In this document: positions 26,462 to 35,496 of the stretch, one piece after another
Layout of the letters: every line of letters starts with the position of its first letter
Numbering within the stretch: position 1 is the first letter of the stretch
Made by a program: the position numbers and the translations under genes
Notes under the pieces: model-generated
Databases searched by the model: none
What the model was told of the DNA's origin: nothing
Seen by the model: the letters and a program-made list of their open reading frames with translations, nothing else
From: Oligoflexia bacterium
GTDB lineage: Bacteria > Bdellovibrionota > UBA1018
Reading direction: 5' to 3'
DNA length: 64,000 nucleotides
NCBI GenBank assembly: GCA_031292385.1
Contig: JARLHE010000031.1
Span: 34,746 to 98,745 of the forward strand

Positions 26462-27958
26462 TTAGAGTCGCCGTTCGGACTTCAAAAACTGCACTAAATT
26501 CCACACAAAATGCGGGAAAACCCGCAATTTGTCGCTCCAGTGGCGGCGATAAAGCTCGAGCCCGCAGGCAGCGGTTTCGTGCTGGAACGGCGTGTACGGA
26601 AACCACCACGGGGATTTGAAGGTGAGCCATCTGAATCGCGGCCGATGGACGTGCCGGGTATAGACGAATTCGAGCAGCCCGCGTTCGGAACGCGAGATGC
26701 CCCAGCCGCTGTTCTTGATTCCTCCCCAGGGGGCTTCGGCAAGTCCCGCGGTATATGCGGTCTCGTTCAGGGTCACGGTTCCCACCTGAAGTTGCGAGGC
26801 AAGGCGTGCGCCGAGAGAGATATTGCGCGTGATAATGCTGGCCGAGAGTCCGTAGGTCGAGTCGTTTGCCTTTTCAACTGCTTCAGCTGTTGAGCGGAAC
26901 GTTGTGACGGTAACGATCGGCCCGAAGGTTTCGTCGCGGTAGGCCAGGCTTTTTTCTATATTGGCACCCTCTAAAACGGTCGGGGCCAGCCGCGTTCCGT
27001 CTTCCGAGAACGTGCCGCCAGTGACGGCGAATATGCCGAGTTTGGACGCATCCTCAAGTTGGACCCGGTACGAGGCTTTCTGTTTTTCAGTCACGATATG
27101 GCCGAAATTTTTTCCAGGATGCTGCTTGAGAGTTTCGATTTTCTGGACGAGCAATTCGACAAATCGCGCTTTGATTGATTCATGCACCAGGATTCGATCG
27201 GTTGATGCGCACATTTGTCCCGAATTGCTGAAGCCTCCCCAAAGCGCGGCGCTGGTCGCGTAATCGAGGTTGGCGTCGGCCAAAACAATCATGGGATTTT
27301 TTCCGCCAAGCTCCATTTGGGCGGGAATTAAATGCTGAGCGGCGAGCAGGGCGACTTTTCGCCCGTTTTCCGTGCCGCCCGTAAAAAACACCTTACCGGG
27401 TCGGTGCTCGATGATCGCGCTTCCCGCCGCTGCGCCCCCCAGGACGGTCTGTACCAAGTTGGCCGGTAGAGCGGAATTATCAAATAGCGATTGAATCGCC
27501 AGGCCGACCCCGGAGGCGTACTCGCTGGGCTTGAAGATCACGGCATTGCCCGCGACGACCGCGGAAGCAATCGTCGATAGGGAGAGAAGAAGCGGATAGT
27601 TCCAAGGAGAGAGAACGGCAACCGGGCCGATGGGCGCGTATTCGATTTGGCTTCGATAGTGCTTGAATAAATGAAGGCGAATGGGCTGGGTTTTCAGGAC
27701 AGAGCCGGCTGATCGACTGAGAAACGTGAGCAGCTCGGCTGCCGGGAGGATTTCGTTGAGCAGGGCTTCGTTTGCGGGCTTGCCGGTCTCTGAGACGATG
27801 AGACCTTCGATCGTGCGTGCGGCATCGAGCAGGTTTTCCCGCACGAGCTTGAGCATTCGTGCCCGCTTTTGGAGCGGAACGACGGACCATTGTTGTTGCG
27901 CCGCGCGGGCGCGAGCGAAGATTTCGGGTAGATTCGCCAAGATTTCGTCGTTCGCCAT
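26462..27958 (-). CDS. NAD(P)-dependent aldehyde dehydrogenase (class-3/fatty-aldehyde type) with a C-terminal hydrophobic extension
   Basis: 498 aa with the ALDH motifs ELGGKNP and GQMCAS (catalytic Cys). The roughly 60-aa C-terminal tail is rich in W/F/R (RFRWLTFKSPWWFPYTPFQ...). Confidence 0.8.
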   Translation of the reverse strand: MANDEILANLPEIFARARAAQQQWSVVPLQKRARMLKLVRENLLDAARTIEGLIVSETGKPANEALLNEILPAAELLTFLSRSAGSVLKTQPIRLHLFKHYRSQIEYAPIGPVAVLSPWNYPLLLSLSTIASAVVAGNAVIFKPSEYASGVGLAIQSLFDNSALPANLVQTVLGGAAAGSAIIEHRPGKVFFTGGTENGRKVALLAAQHLIPAQMELGGKNPMIVLADANLDYATSAALWGGFSNSGQMCASTDRILVHESIKARFVELLVQKIETLKQHPGKNFGHIVTEKQKASYRVQLEDASKLGIFAVTGGTFSEDGTRLAPTVLEGANIEKSLAYRDETFGPIVTVTTFRSTAEAVEKANDSTYGLSASIITRNISLGARLASQLQVGTVTLNETAYTAGLAEAPWGGIKNSGWGISRSERGLLEFVYTRHVHRPRFRWLTFKSPWWFPYTPFQHETAACGLELYRRHWSDKLRVFPHFVWNLVQFLKSERRL

Positions 27959-28021
27959 ATTTCAAAGGTATCGGACCATACGGTGATTCGCAAGTTGGGT
28001 TGATTGAGCTAGAATGAGATA

Positions 28022-29707
28022 ATGCTTTCAGAGAATGCGCTCATTGTCCTGAAAAAGCGCTATCTCCGGCGCGATGAAGCAGGAGAGCTGATGGAGACGC
28101 CGGACCAGCTTTTTCGCCGGGTCGCGAACGCGATCGCGCGCGCGGAGAAATCCAATCGACGCGGATGGGCGGAGAAATTCTACAAATTGATCTCGAGCCT
28201 TCGTTTTCTTCCGAATAGCCCCACGCTGATGAACGCAGGCCGGGACGAGGGGCAGCTTGCCGCTTGCTTCGTGTTACCGATCGAGGATTCTCTCGAGTCG
28301 ATTTTCGAAACGTTGAAGGACGCGGCTAAAATCCATCAGTCGGGCGGAGGGACCGGTTTTTCGTTTTCTTCGCTTCGGCCGCGCGGAAGCCGGGTTCGAA
28401 GCTCATCGGGCGTCGCCTCGGGACCGGTATCGTTTATTCGTATTTTTGACGTGGCCACCGAGGCGATCAAGCAAGGGGGGACCAGGCGAGGCGCCAATAT
28501 GGCGGTTCTTCGCGTCGATCATCCCGATATCATCGAGTTTATCGACAGCAAGCGTGACCAGCGCTCTACCGTGAATTTCAATATTTCAGTCGGTATCACC
28601 GACCGCTTTATGGACGCGGTCCGAGCGGATGCGCTTTTTCCGCTTTTCGACCCCCAGACCGGACGTGAGCAGCGAAAGGTGAGGGCCCGCGCGGTTTTTG
28701 ACAGGATTTGCCTTGCTGCCTGGGAATGCGGAGACCCCGGTCTGGTGTTTTTGGATCGGATCAATCTTTTCAACCCGACCCCGGCGGTTGGGCGAATGGA
28801 AAGCACGAATCCTTGCGGTGAGCAGCCGCTTTTGCAGTACGAATCGTGCAATCTGGGATCGATTAACTTGGGGCTTTATTGTCGCGGAGGCGATGTCGAT
28901 TGGATGAGGCTTTGCGAAGATGTCCATCTCGCGACGCGGATTCTCGATGATGTGGTGTCGATCAATCACTATCCGATCGCGGAGTGCGAGCGGATTACGC
29001 AGAGAAATCGGAAAATCGGCCTAGGCGTTATGGGTTTTGCCGACCTTCTTTTGGAGTTGGGTTTGCCTTATGACTCGGTCGAGGCGCGGGCTCTGGGGGA
29101 AAAGCTCATGAGTGTGATTGATCGTGAGGGGCGGCGTGCTTCGGCGGATCTTGCCCGGGAGAAGGGCGCTTTTTTGAATTATTCAAAGTCGATGTGGAGG
29201 CATCTTGGATTTCCGAAGCTTCGAAACGCCACGGTCACCACGGTGGCGCCAACCGGAACGATCAGTATCATTGCTGGAGCGTCGAGCGGAATTGAGCCTA
29301 TTTTCGCGGGGATTTTTTATCGTAACGTGCTTTCAGGCGATAGATTGCGCGAAGTTCATCCCGCCGTGGCGCGGATCCTTCAGGAGCGGAAGATCGGCCT
29401 CGATGAAGTTTCCGAAGAGGACTTGGGCCGGCTTCTAGGGCCTGCATGGAGTCCTGCGCGCTCCGTGAGTGTGTCTGGGCATGTTTTGATGCAAGCGGTG
29501 TTTCAGCGATTTTCGGATAGCGCCGTTTCCAAGACCATTAATTTGCCCGAAGAGGCTACAGTTCTGGATGTTGCCAGTGCCTATTTGCTGGCTTATGAGA
29601 ACGGCTGTAAAGGAATTACTGTTTATCGGGATCGAAGCAAGCCAACTCAGGTTTTGGAATCCGCGTCTTCCACCGATCTTGCGGTCCCTGATTGCCCAAC
29701 CTGCTGA
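28022..29707 (+). CDS. nrdJ: adenosylcobalamin-dependent (class II) ribonucleotide reductase NrdJ
   Basis: 561 aa. The RNR fingers are LPNSPTLMNAG, thiyl-radical loop NPCGEQPL and the C-terminal redox pair CPTC. No class I/III features are present. Confidence 0.8.
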   Translation: MLSENALIVLKKRYLRRDEAGELMETPDQLFRRVANAIARAEKSNRRGWAEKFYKLISSLRFLPNSPTLMNAGRDEGQLAACFVLPIEDSLESIFETLKDAAKIHQSGGGTGFSFSSLRPRGSRVRSSSGVASGPVSFIRIFDVATEAIKQGGTRRGANMAVLRVDHPDIIEFIDSKRDQRSTVNFNISVGITDRFMDAVRADALFPLFDPQTGREQRKVRARAVFDRICLAAWECGDPGLVFLDRINLFNPTPAVGRMESTNPCGEQPLLQYESCNLGSINLGLYCRGGDVDWMRLCEDVHLATRILDDVVSINHYPIAECERITQRNRKIGLGVMGFADLLLELGLPYDSVEARALGEKLMSVIDREGRRASADLAREKGAFLNYSKSMWRHLGFPKLRNATVTTVAPTGTISIIAGASSGIEPIFAGIFYRNVLSGDRLREVHPAVARILQERKIGLDEVSEEDLGRLLGPAWSPARSVSVSGHVLMQAVFQRFSDSAVSKTINLPEEATVLDVASAYLLAYENGCKGITVYRDRSKPTQVLESASSTDLAVPDCPTC

Positions 29708-29730
29708 TTTGGGATATCTCTTAGTTCGGT

Positions 29731-29807
29731 GCGGGCGTAGCTCAGTTGGCTAGAGTGCGAGCTTCCCAAGCTTGAGGTCGAGGGTTCGAACCCCTTCGCC
29801 CGCTCCA
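29731..29807 (+). tRNA. tRNA-Gly (anticodon CCC)
   Basis: The 77-nt sequence folds as a cloverleaf: acceptor GCGGGCG/CGCCCGC, D-arm GCTC..GAGT, anticodon arm CGAGC-TTCCCAA-GCTTG (anticodon CCC), T-arm GAGGG-TTCGAAC-CCCTT, discriminator U and an encoded CCA. Confidence 0.8.
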
Positions 29808-29950
29808 TTCTTTCTCGCCTCTTTTTCCCCGATACTTCGTCATATTTTGAAAGGCGATCCTCATGGACGTTTGAGTCCATTCCGGCGTAGGCAGCTGATC
29901 AAGAGCCAATTGACTGCCTATGACAAAGAGTGTTACGTCCGGGCATCTTT

Positions 29951-31843
29951 ATGAATCGATCTTGGGACGTTATTGTTATCGGCGGGGGCCATTCAGGCAC
30001 GGAGGCTGCTCACGCGAGTGCCCGTTTGGGCTGCCGGACCGCCCTGATTACACTGGACGCTAAACGGATCGGATTTATGTCCTGTAATCCTGCCATGGGC
30101 GGGCTAGCAAAGGGCCAACTCATTAAGGAAATCGATGCCTTAGGTGGCATCATGGGTAGGATTTCTGACTTGGCGGCCATTCAATACCGCCGGTTGAATG
30201 CCAGCAAAGGACCGGCTGTCCGATCTTCCCGCGCGCAATGTGATAAGTCCTTGTATTCACAGCGTATGCAGGAGTTTCTTGCGGGGGTTCCTAATCTGAC
30301 GATTTTGGAGACCGAGGTTGCCGGCCTTAAAACGCTTAAGAATCAAATAGTTGGTGTAGAGCTCAGGGGCGGCGAAGTCTTGGAGACCGGCGCGGTCGTG
30401 ATTACTTCGGGTACTTTTTTGCGTGCTCTGATGCATACCGGGTTTGAGCAAGCGGAAGGCGGGCGCGCAGGGGATAAGTCTTCGAAAGGATTGAGTGAAA
30501 GCCTCGAGCGACTGGGGTTTAAGCTCGGTCGCTTGAAGACAGGTACTCCACCCCGGATTCAAAGAAAGAGTATCGATTACAGTAAGATGGAAGCCCAGCC
30601 GGGCGACGCCCGACCGATTCCATTTTCTTTTTTTTCGAAGCCGGATCCGTTTCCCCTTCTTCCCCAGGTTGAGTGTTTTATTACTTATACCAACGAAGCA
30701 ACGCACGACATCATTGAGGCGAACTTTGATCGCTCACCGATGTTCACGGGGATCATCCAAGGGATTGGGCCACGCTATTGCCCGTCGATTGAGGATAAGG
30801 TGAAGAGATTTCGGGAGAGGAATCGGCACCAACTCTTTGTTGAGCCCGAGGGCCTGACGACGGACGAGATGTACATCAATGGTATTTCGACCAGTCTGCC
30901 TCGCGATGTACAGGATCGGTTTGTTCGGACGATCCCAGGTCTTGAGAGCGCAGAGTTCATTCGTTACGGCTATGCGGTTGAGTACGATTGTGTCGATGCG
31001 CGACAGCTCCGCGCAACACTTGAATCAAAGGATGTCAGCGGGCTTTTCTTTGCGGGTCAGGTTAATGGGACCTCCGGCTACGAAGAGGCTGGGGCACAAG
31101 GTCTGATTGCGGGCGTCAATGCGGGGCTGAAGGTTTTGGGGCGGGAGCCGTTCGTTGTGTCGCGGCTCGACGGATATATCGGTGTTCTGGTCGACGATTT
31201 GATTACAAAAGGTGCGGACGAGCCCTATCGCATGTTCACTTCCCGTGCGGAATATCGACTTCTGCTTCGCGAGGACAACGCGGACCTTCGATTAAGTGAA
31301 ATAGGCCATAAAATTGGGCTTTTGAGCGATGGGAACATGGACAAGGTTCGCCGCAAGGAGGCTGAGATTGCGCAGGTTCGGGATGGTCTGCGTAAGTTCT
31401 TCTTTCTGCCGAATCTTGAGACTAATTCGATGCTTGAGGCTCGTGGAATTGCGCCATTAAGGGACCGAGCGTCCGCCGAGGCGCTACTTCGTCGTCCGGA
31501 AGTGAGCTGGCCGGAGCTTTTGGACTTGGGGTTCGGCGCCGGGTCCCCCTTATCGCAGTTTTCCGAAGATTCTTTGGATCAGGTAGAAATCCAAGTGAAG
31601 TATGAGGGCTATATTAAGCGTGATTTAGAAGTACTAGAGGGGTTGCGCAAAAATGAAGGCCTCGTGATCCCAACATCGTTGAATTTCGATAACATCCCGG
31701 GTCTTTCGAACGAGATTCGGGGAAGATTGGCTGTGACTAGGCCGGAAACGATAGGCCAGGCTTCTCGAATGCCCGGGATGACGCCTGCGGCGGTTGCAAG
31801 CATGATGATTTTTATGAAAATGCACGGGTCAGCGCGTGGATAG
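29951..31843 (+). CDS. mnmG: tRNA uridine 5-carboxymethylaminomethyl modification enzyme MnmG (GidA)
   Basis: It has the FAD motif DVIVIGGGHSGTEAA and the conserved GidA blocks (GPRYCPSIEDKV, FFAGQVNGTSGYEEA). The track start at 29930 is a GTG. The ATG at 29951 gives the typical N-terminus. Confidence 0.9.
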   Translation: MNRSWDVIVIGGGHSGTEAAHASARLGCRTALITLDAKRIGFMSCNPAMGGLAKGQLIKEIDALGGIMGRISDLAAIQYRRLNASKGPAVRSSRAQCDKSLYSQRMQEFLAGVPNLTILETEVAGLKTLKNQIVGVELRGGEVLETGAVVITSGTFLRALMHTGFEQAEGGRAGDKSSKGLSESLERLGFKLGRLKTGTPPRIQRKSIDYSKMEAQPGDARPIPFSFFSKPDPFPLLPQVECFITYTNEATHDIIEANFDRSPMFTGIIQGIGPRYCPSIEDKVKRFRERNRHQLFVEPEGLTTDEMYINGISTSLPRDVQDRFVRTIPGLESAEFIRYGYAVEYDCVDARQLRATLESKDVSGLFFAGQVNGTSGYEEAGAQGLIAGVNAGLKVLGREPFVVSRLDGYIGVLVDDLITKGADEPYRMFTSRAEYRLLLREDNADLRLSEIGHKIGLLSDGNMDKVRRKEAEIAQVRDGLRKFFFLPNLETNSMLEARGIAPLRDRASAEALLRRPEVSWPELLDLGFGAGSPLSQFSEDSLDQVEIQVKYEGYIKRDLEVLEGLRKNEGLVIPTSLNFDNIPGLSNEIRGRLAVTRPETIGQASRMPGMTPAAVASMMIFMKMHGSARG

Positions 31844-32519
31844 TCAGGTTTTTGAGCAGATTTTGGAGCAGAATTGGCCGGAACTCAGCCCCACTCAGAG
31901 AGGCAAGGTGGTGCAGTTTCGTGAGTTGGTCGTTAGTGAGAATGCTCGGCAGAACCTAACAAAGCTTACTTCTCCGACGGATTTTTATTTTGGGCATGTG
32001 TTGGATGTGCAAATGCTCCTGCGTTTTCCGAAATTGGAGTACCCAGCGGTCGATTTGGGCTCTGGCTGCGGGGTTCCGGGGCTGCTTTCGGCGCTTGTTT
32101 CAGATGGCAAATGGTTTTTGGTGGAGTCTGAGGGGCGAAAGGCCGCCTTTTTGAAGGCGGCGGTCGAGAGCTTGGGCCTGGAGAAGCAGGTTGAGGTAAG
32201 GGCTGAACGCTTGGAGAGCTGGCTTAGCGGCCCACAGCAAAAGTCGATCGCGAGTATCGTTGCGAGAGCGGTGGGGCCCGTTGGTAGAATCTATGGTTGG
32301 ATTCGTCATTGTTCCACGTGGAACAATCTTATTTTGCTCAAAGGGCCGGGCTGGACGACCGAATGGGGCACGTTTTCTGAATCATCTTTAGGGAAAGAAC
32401 TTAATTTGGCCGGCGAACTCCAGTACGTCGCGGGTCCGGAGGAGAAATTTAGGACGATTATTCGTCTTGATCGTGTTCCACGTGGAACTTTTTTGAAAAC
32501 TGCTCAAAAAAAATCTTGA
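31836..32519 (+). CDS. rsmG: 16S rRNA (guanine527-N7)-methyltransferase RsmG (GidB)
   Basis: 227 aa with the SAM motif DLGSGCGVPGL. It lies in the canonical mnmG-rsmG-parAB position, and its start overlaps the mnmG stop. Confidence 0.85.
   Translation: MDSQVFEQILEQNWPELSPTQRGKVVQFRELVVSENARQNLTKLTSPTDFYFGHVLDVQMLLRFPKLEYPAVDLGSGCGVPGLLSALVSDGKWFLVESEGRKAAFLKAAVESLGLEKQVEVRAERLESWLSGPQQKSIASIVARAVGPVGRIYGWIRHCSTWNNLILLKGPGWTTEWGTFSESSLGKELNLAGELQYVAGPEEKFRTIIRLDRVPRGTFLKTAQKKS
32310..32325. promoter_or_regulatory. parS centromere-like site (TGTTCCACGTGGAACA)
   Basis: It is a perfect 16-bp palindrome that matches the tGTTtCACGTGaAACa parS consensus at 14 of 16 positions. It sits inside the 3' part of rsmG, upstream of parAB. 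Confidence 0.7.
32475..32490. promoter_or_regulatory. second parS site (TGTTCCACGTGGAACT)
   Basis: The same 15-nt core recurs 165 bp downstream, near the rsmG stop. Confidence 0.65.
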
Positions 32520-32687
32520 ACAACCAAATACTCACGGCTAACCTAAAAGAGTAGCCGCTAGTGAGTGGGCAAAATGCAGAGGCGGCAGATAAGTTTCGCA
32601 GTTACTCATCAGTTACTCAAATGATTATCCACCACACCACACAACCACAATTGGGGGGCGCCTCGGCAGTCAAGAGGGGCGCCCCCG

Positions 32688-33539
32688 GTGGCATATAAGG
32701 AAACTATGGGAAAAGTAATCGCTATTGCGAATCAGAAGGGCGGGGTAGGAAAGACAACCACCACCGTAAACCTTGCGGCATCATTGGCTATCGGCGAGCG
32801 CCGCACATTGGTTATCGATTTTGATCCCCAGGGCAATGCGTCCTCGGCGCTTGGTGTTGACCGAGAGTCACTGGTTGGGAAACCGACCATTTATCACGCC
32901 TTAATTGGTCAGGTACCTCTTTCTCAGGCTATTTATCCCACCGGAATTGATTGCCTCTCGGTTGCGCCCGCGAATGGTGATCTAACGGGTGCAGAAATTG
33001 AGCTTGTCACCGCATTTGCTCGGGAGGGTAAGCTCAAGGCCGCGATTGCGGAGATCAAGGCTCAGTACGATTATATTCTCATCGATTGCCCGCCATCTTT
33101 GGGCATGCTCACGGTTAACGCGATGACGGCCGCGGACAGCTTTTTGGTTCCGTTGCAGTGCGAGTATTTTGCTCTCGAGGGGCTCAGCCAGCTTCTTCAC
33201 ACTGTTTCGCTTGTTAAACAAAGCCTCAATCCAAAAATTACGGAAGAAGGAATTCTGCTTACCATGTTTGACGGCCGGAATAACCTGGCCAACGAAGTGG
33301 TTCGCGAGGTTCGAACCCATTTTGCCGGAAAAGTATTCGACACGATTGTTCCTCGGAACGTTCGTTTGAGCGAGTGTTCGAGCTTCGGCAAACCGATTTT
33401 GCTCTACGATATCGATTCGAAGGGGTGCCTCGCTTATTTGAATTTGGCGAAAGAAGTTTTGAGCCGAAATCAGCCGCAAGCCGGTCTGAGTTCTGAGGCT
33501 CCGGCGCCCGAACAGGCGAGTGGAATTTTGGCATTATAA
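32688..33539 (+). CDS. parA: chromosome partitioning ATPase ParA (Soj)
   Basis: It has the deviant Walker A KVIAIANQKGGVGKTTTTVNLA and the ParA/MinD fold motifs. The true start may be MGKVIAI at 32706. Confidence 0.9.
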   Translation: MAYKETMGKVIAIANQKGGVGKTTTTVNLAASLAIGERRTLVIDFDPQGNASSALGVDRESLVGKPTIYHALIGQVPLSQAIYPTGIDCLSVAPANGDLTGAEIELVTAFAREGKLKAAIAEIKAQYDYILIDCPPSLGMLTVNAMTAADSFLVPLQCEYFALEGLSQLLHTVSLVKQSLNPKITEEGILLTMFDGRNNLANEVVREVRTHFAGKVFDTIVPRNVRLSECSSFGKPILLYDIDSKGCLAYLNLAKEVLSRNQPQAGLSSEAPAPEQASGILAL

Positions 33540-33551
33540 AGGGGAGTAGAA

Positions 33552-34529
33552 GTGGTTCAAAAGCAAGTGCTCGGAAAAGGTTTGGCATCTTTGTTTCCAG
33601 GTATTCAGGGGGCGGCGACACCGCCTCCGGCGGCCGAGACTAAAAATCCTCTCATGGGCGCGGCGATTGCCGCGGGTCCGGCGTACCCGGCGAGCCTAGA
33701 TACAGGCAACCGGGATCGCCATATGGGGATCAGTCTCGCAAACATCGAGGAAATTCGCGTTAATCAGTACCAGCCCCGCCGCGATTTCGATGAGGCAGCT
33801 CTTGAGGAGCTGGCCCAATCCATTCGAACGAGCGGAATTATTCAGCCGCTTCTGGTTCGCAAAGAAGCAAACGGCGAAATTCAGCTGATCGCCGGAGAGC
33901 GCCGGCTGCGTGCCGCGAAGAGGGCCGGCCTTAAGCAGGTTCCGATCGTGATCCGCAAGTCGACGGATCGTGAGGCCTTGGAGCTCGCCTTGGTTGAAAA
34001 CATTCAGCGCCAAAATCTAAATTGCATTGATGAGGCTCTGGCTTACTTCCAGTTGACTCAGGACTTCTCGCTTACCCAAGAGGAAGTAGCGGCTCGGGTT
34101 GGTAAAGAGCGAGCGACGGTCGCCAATCATCTTCGCTTGTTGCGCCTTCCGGAGGCGATAATTGACGACCTGCGTCGACAGATTCTAAGTTTGGGTCATG
34201 GAAAGGTCCTGCTGGGCATCGAGGACAATGAGGCTCGTCTGCGGGTTCGTGCTGAGATCGTTGAGAAACACCTGAGCGTACGAGACGCCGAAGCTCTGGT
34301 TAACTTGATTAAGGCCGGAAATGCCGCGGCAGAGGGGGCGGCAACAAAAAATACGACAGAACCTACTACACCGCTTAAGGAACGATTTCGAGCACTTGCA
34401 CAGGAGTTGACGCGTCATTGGTCTGCCAGGGTGGAGATCAAAGGCTCGGAGCGCCGCGGCAAAATCACTCTTCATTACGGATCGCGGCAAGAACTTGATC
34501 GTTTGCTCGAAGCGATGCACAATAAATAA
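33552..34529 (+). CDS. parB: chromosome partitioning protein ParB (Spo0J)
   Basis: It has a GTG start after a GGGGAG RBS, the ParB box GERRLRAAKRAG and an HTH. An N-terminal disordered A/P-rich segment is present. Confidence 0.9.
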   Translation: MVQKQVLGKGLASLFPGIQGAATPPPAAETKNPLMGAAIAAGPAYPASLDTGNRDRHMGISLANIEEIRVNQYQPRRDFDEAALEELAQSIRTSGIIQPLLVRKEANGEIQLIAGERRLRAAKRAGLKQVPIVIRKSTDREALELALVENIQRQNLNCIDEALAYFQLTQDFSLTQEEVAARVGKERATVANHLRLLRLPEAIIDDLRRQILSLGHGKVLLGIEDNEARLRVRAEIVEKHLSVRDAEALVNLIKAGNAAAEGAATKNTTEPTTPLKERFRALAQELTRHWSARVEIKGSERRGKITLHYGSRQELDRLLEAMHNK

Positions 34530-34531
34530 GT

Positions 34532-34936
34532 ATGGCTCGATCGAATGATGATTTAAGTGTTCCAGCCACTCAAAACTCCGTAACCGGGGTTATCGATCAC
34601 GGTTGTGAGTTCGAAGGAAAGCTCTGTTTTCAGGGCACTGTTCGAATTGGGGGTACGTTTCGCGGGGAGATCTATACTCCGGACACTCTCATCGTCGGAG
34701 AAGGCGCTCGGGTCTACGGAACCGTCCAAGCAGGCACCGTCATCATCAGTGGCGAGATTAACGGAACCGTTCATGCCAAGCACCGGGTGGAGATCCACCA
34801 TCCAGCTATTTTTCGTGGTGACATCCTTACTCCAAGTCTGAGTGTCGACGAAGGGGTGATCTTCGAAGGCAGCAGCAAAATGGTTCATTCGCCTGTATCG
34901 AACGCGACTCAGTCCTTTCTGGTTTCCAAAAAGTAA
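34532..34936 (+). CDS. bactofilin-family cytoskeletal protein
   Basis: 134 aa of repeated beta-helical bactofilin-type segments (GTVRIGGTFRGEIY..., GARVYGTVQAGTVIISGEINGTVHA..., IFRGDILTPSLSVDEGVIFEG). It starts 2 nt after the parB stop. Confidence 0.75.
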   Translation: MARSNDDLSVPATQNSVTGVIDHGCEFEGKLCFQGTVRIGGTFRGEIYTPDTLIVGEGARVYGTVQAGTVIISGEINGTVHAKHRVEIHHPAIFRGDILTPSLSVDEGVIFEGSSKMVHSPVSNATQSFLVSKK

Positions 34937-35034
34937 AAATCCCTCGTTCGCTCGAATTTTATTTTAATCGCTGCACGGTCAAACATCTTGACCCGCCGTC
35001 GACGCACGTGTTAGCCCCTTACACCAAATTCCAT

Positions 35035-35478
35035 ATGAACGAAATTCTCGAGCAACTCGAACTGAACCAGACGATTTTTATTCAGCTCGCCATCTTCGGT
35101 GTTGTGTTTCTCATTTTGAGCCGCCTGTATTTCCGGCCATTTATGAAGCTGTTCCAGGCTCGCCACGAAAAAACGGTCCAGCATCGCGAGACCGCGGAGA
35201 AGCTGCTGCTCGAGGCGAACCAGAAGTTTGAAAGCTATCGCAAACGGCTCAGCGAAGAGCGGGTAGCGGCGAAAAAAGAATACGACGCGGTTCTGGAAGA
35301 GGCCAAAAAATACGAAGCGCAAGCCATGGCTAACGCACGCGAAGAGGCCAAGAAAATTACCCAGGAAGCAGCGGATTCCGTCTCTAAACAAAGGGAGGCA
35401 TTGCGGGCCAAGCTTGCCGCCGATGTCGATGTCCTTGCCGAGACGATTTCCCAAAAGCTTTTACCTAAAAAGTCCTAA
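35035..35478 (+). CDS. F0F1 ATP synthase subunit b' (second b-type stator subunit)
   Basis: It has a single N-terminal TM (IFIQLAIFGVVFLILS) followed by a long charged coiled coil rich in A/E/K/R. It is the first gene of the atpF'FHAGDC half-operon. The alternative start at 35008 is in the ORF track. Confidence 0.7.
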   Translation: MNEILEQLELNQTIFIQLAIFGVVFLILSRLYFRPFMKLFQARHEKTVQHRETAEKLLLEANQKFESYRKRLSEERVAAKKEYDAVLEEAKKYEAQAMANAREEAKKITQEAADSVSKQREALRAKLAADVDVLAETISQKLLPKKS

Positions 35479-35496
35479 TTTCGAGGAATATCGACT

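Noticed and set aside
27959-28021. Cobalamin riboswitch upstream of nrdJ.
   Set aside because: The leader is only 63 nt and lacks the B12-box consensus. A riboswitch would need 150 nt or more.
29808-29950. Integration hotspot or mobile element next to tRNA-Gly.
   Set aside because: There is no integrase, no direct repeat of the tRNA 3' end and no GC shift. The tRNA is followed directly by mnmG in conserved context.
32520-32687. Possible ncRNA or secondary DnaA site (TTATCCACC) with a GC-rich palindrome GGGGCGCC...GGCGCCCC between rsmG and parA.
   Set aside because: A single one-mismatch DnaA box and a terminator-like or parA-promoter hairpin give insufficient evidence for a distinct RNA gene. 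The region is most likely just the rsmG terminator and parA promoter.
34971-34994. Short hairpin GGTCAA-ACATC-TTGACC after the bactofilin gene, a possible terminator or promoter -35.
   Set aside because: The stem is only 6 bp, there is no U-tract, and the downstream -10 is poor. It is too weak to call.
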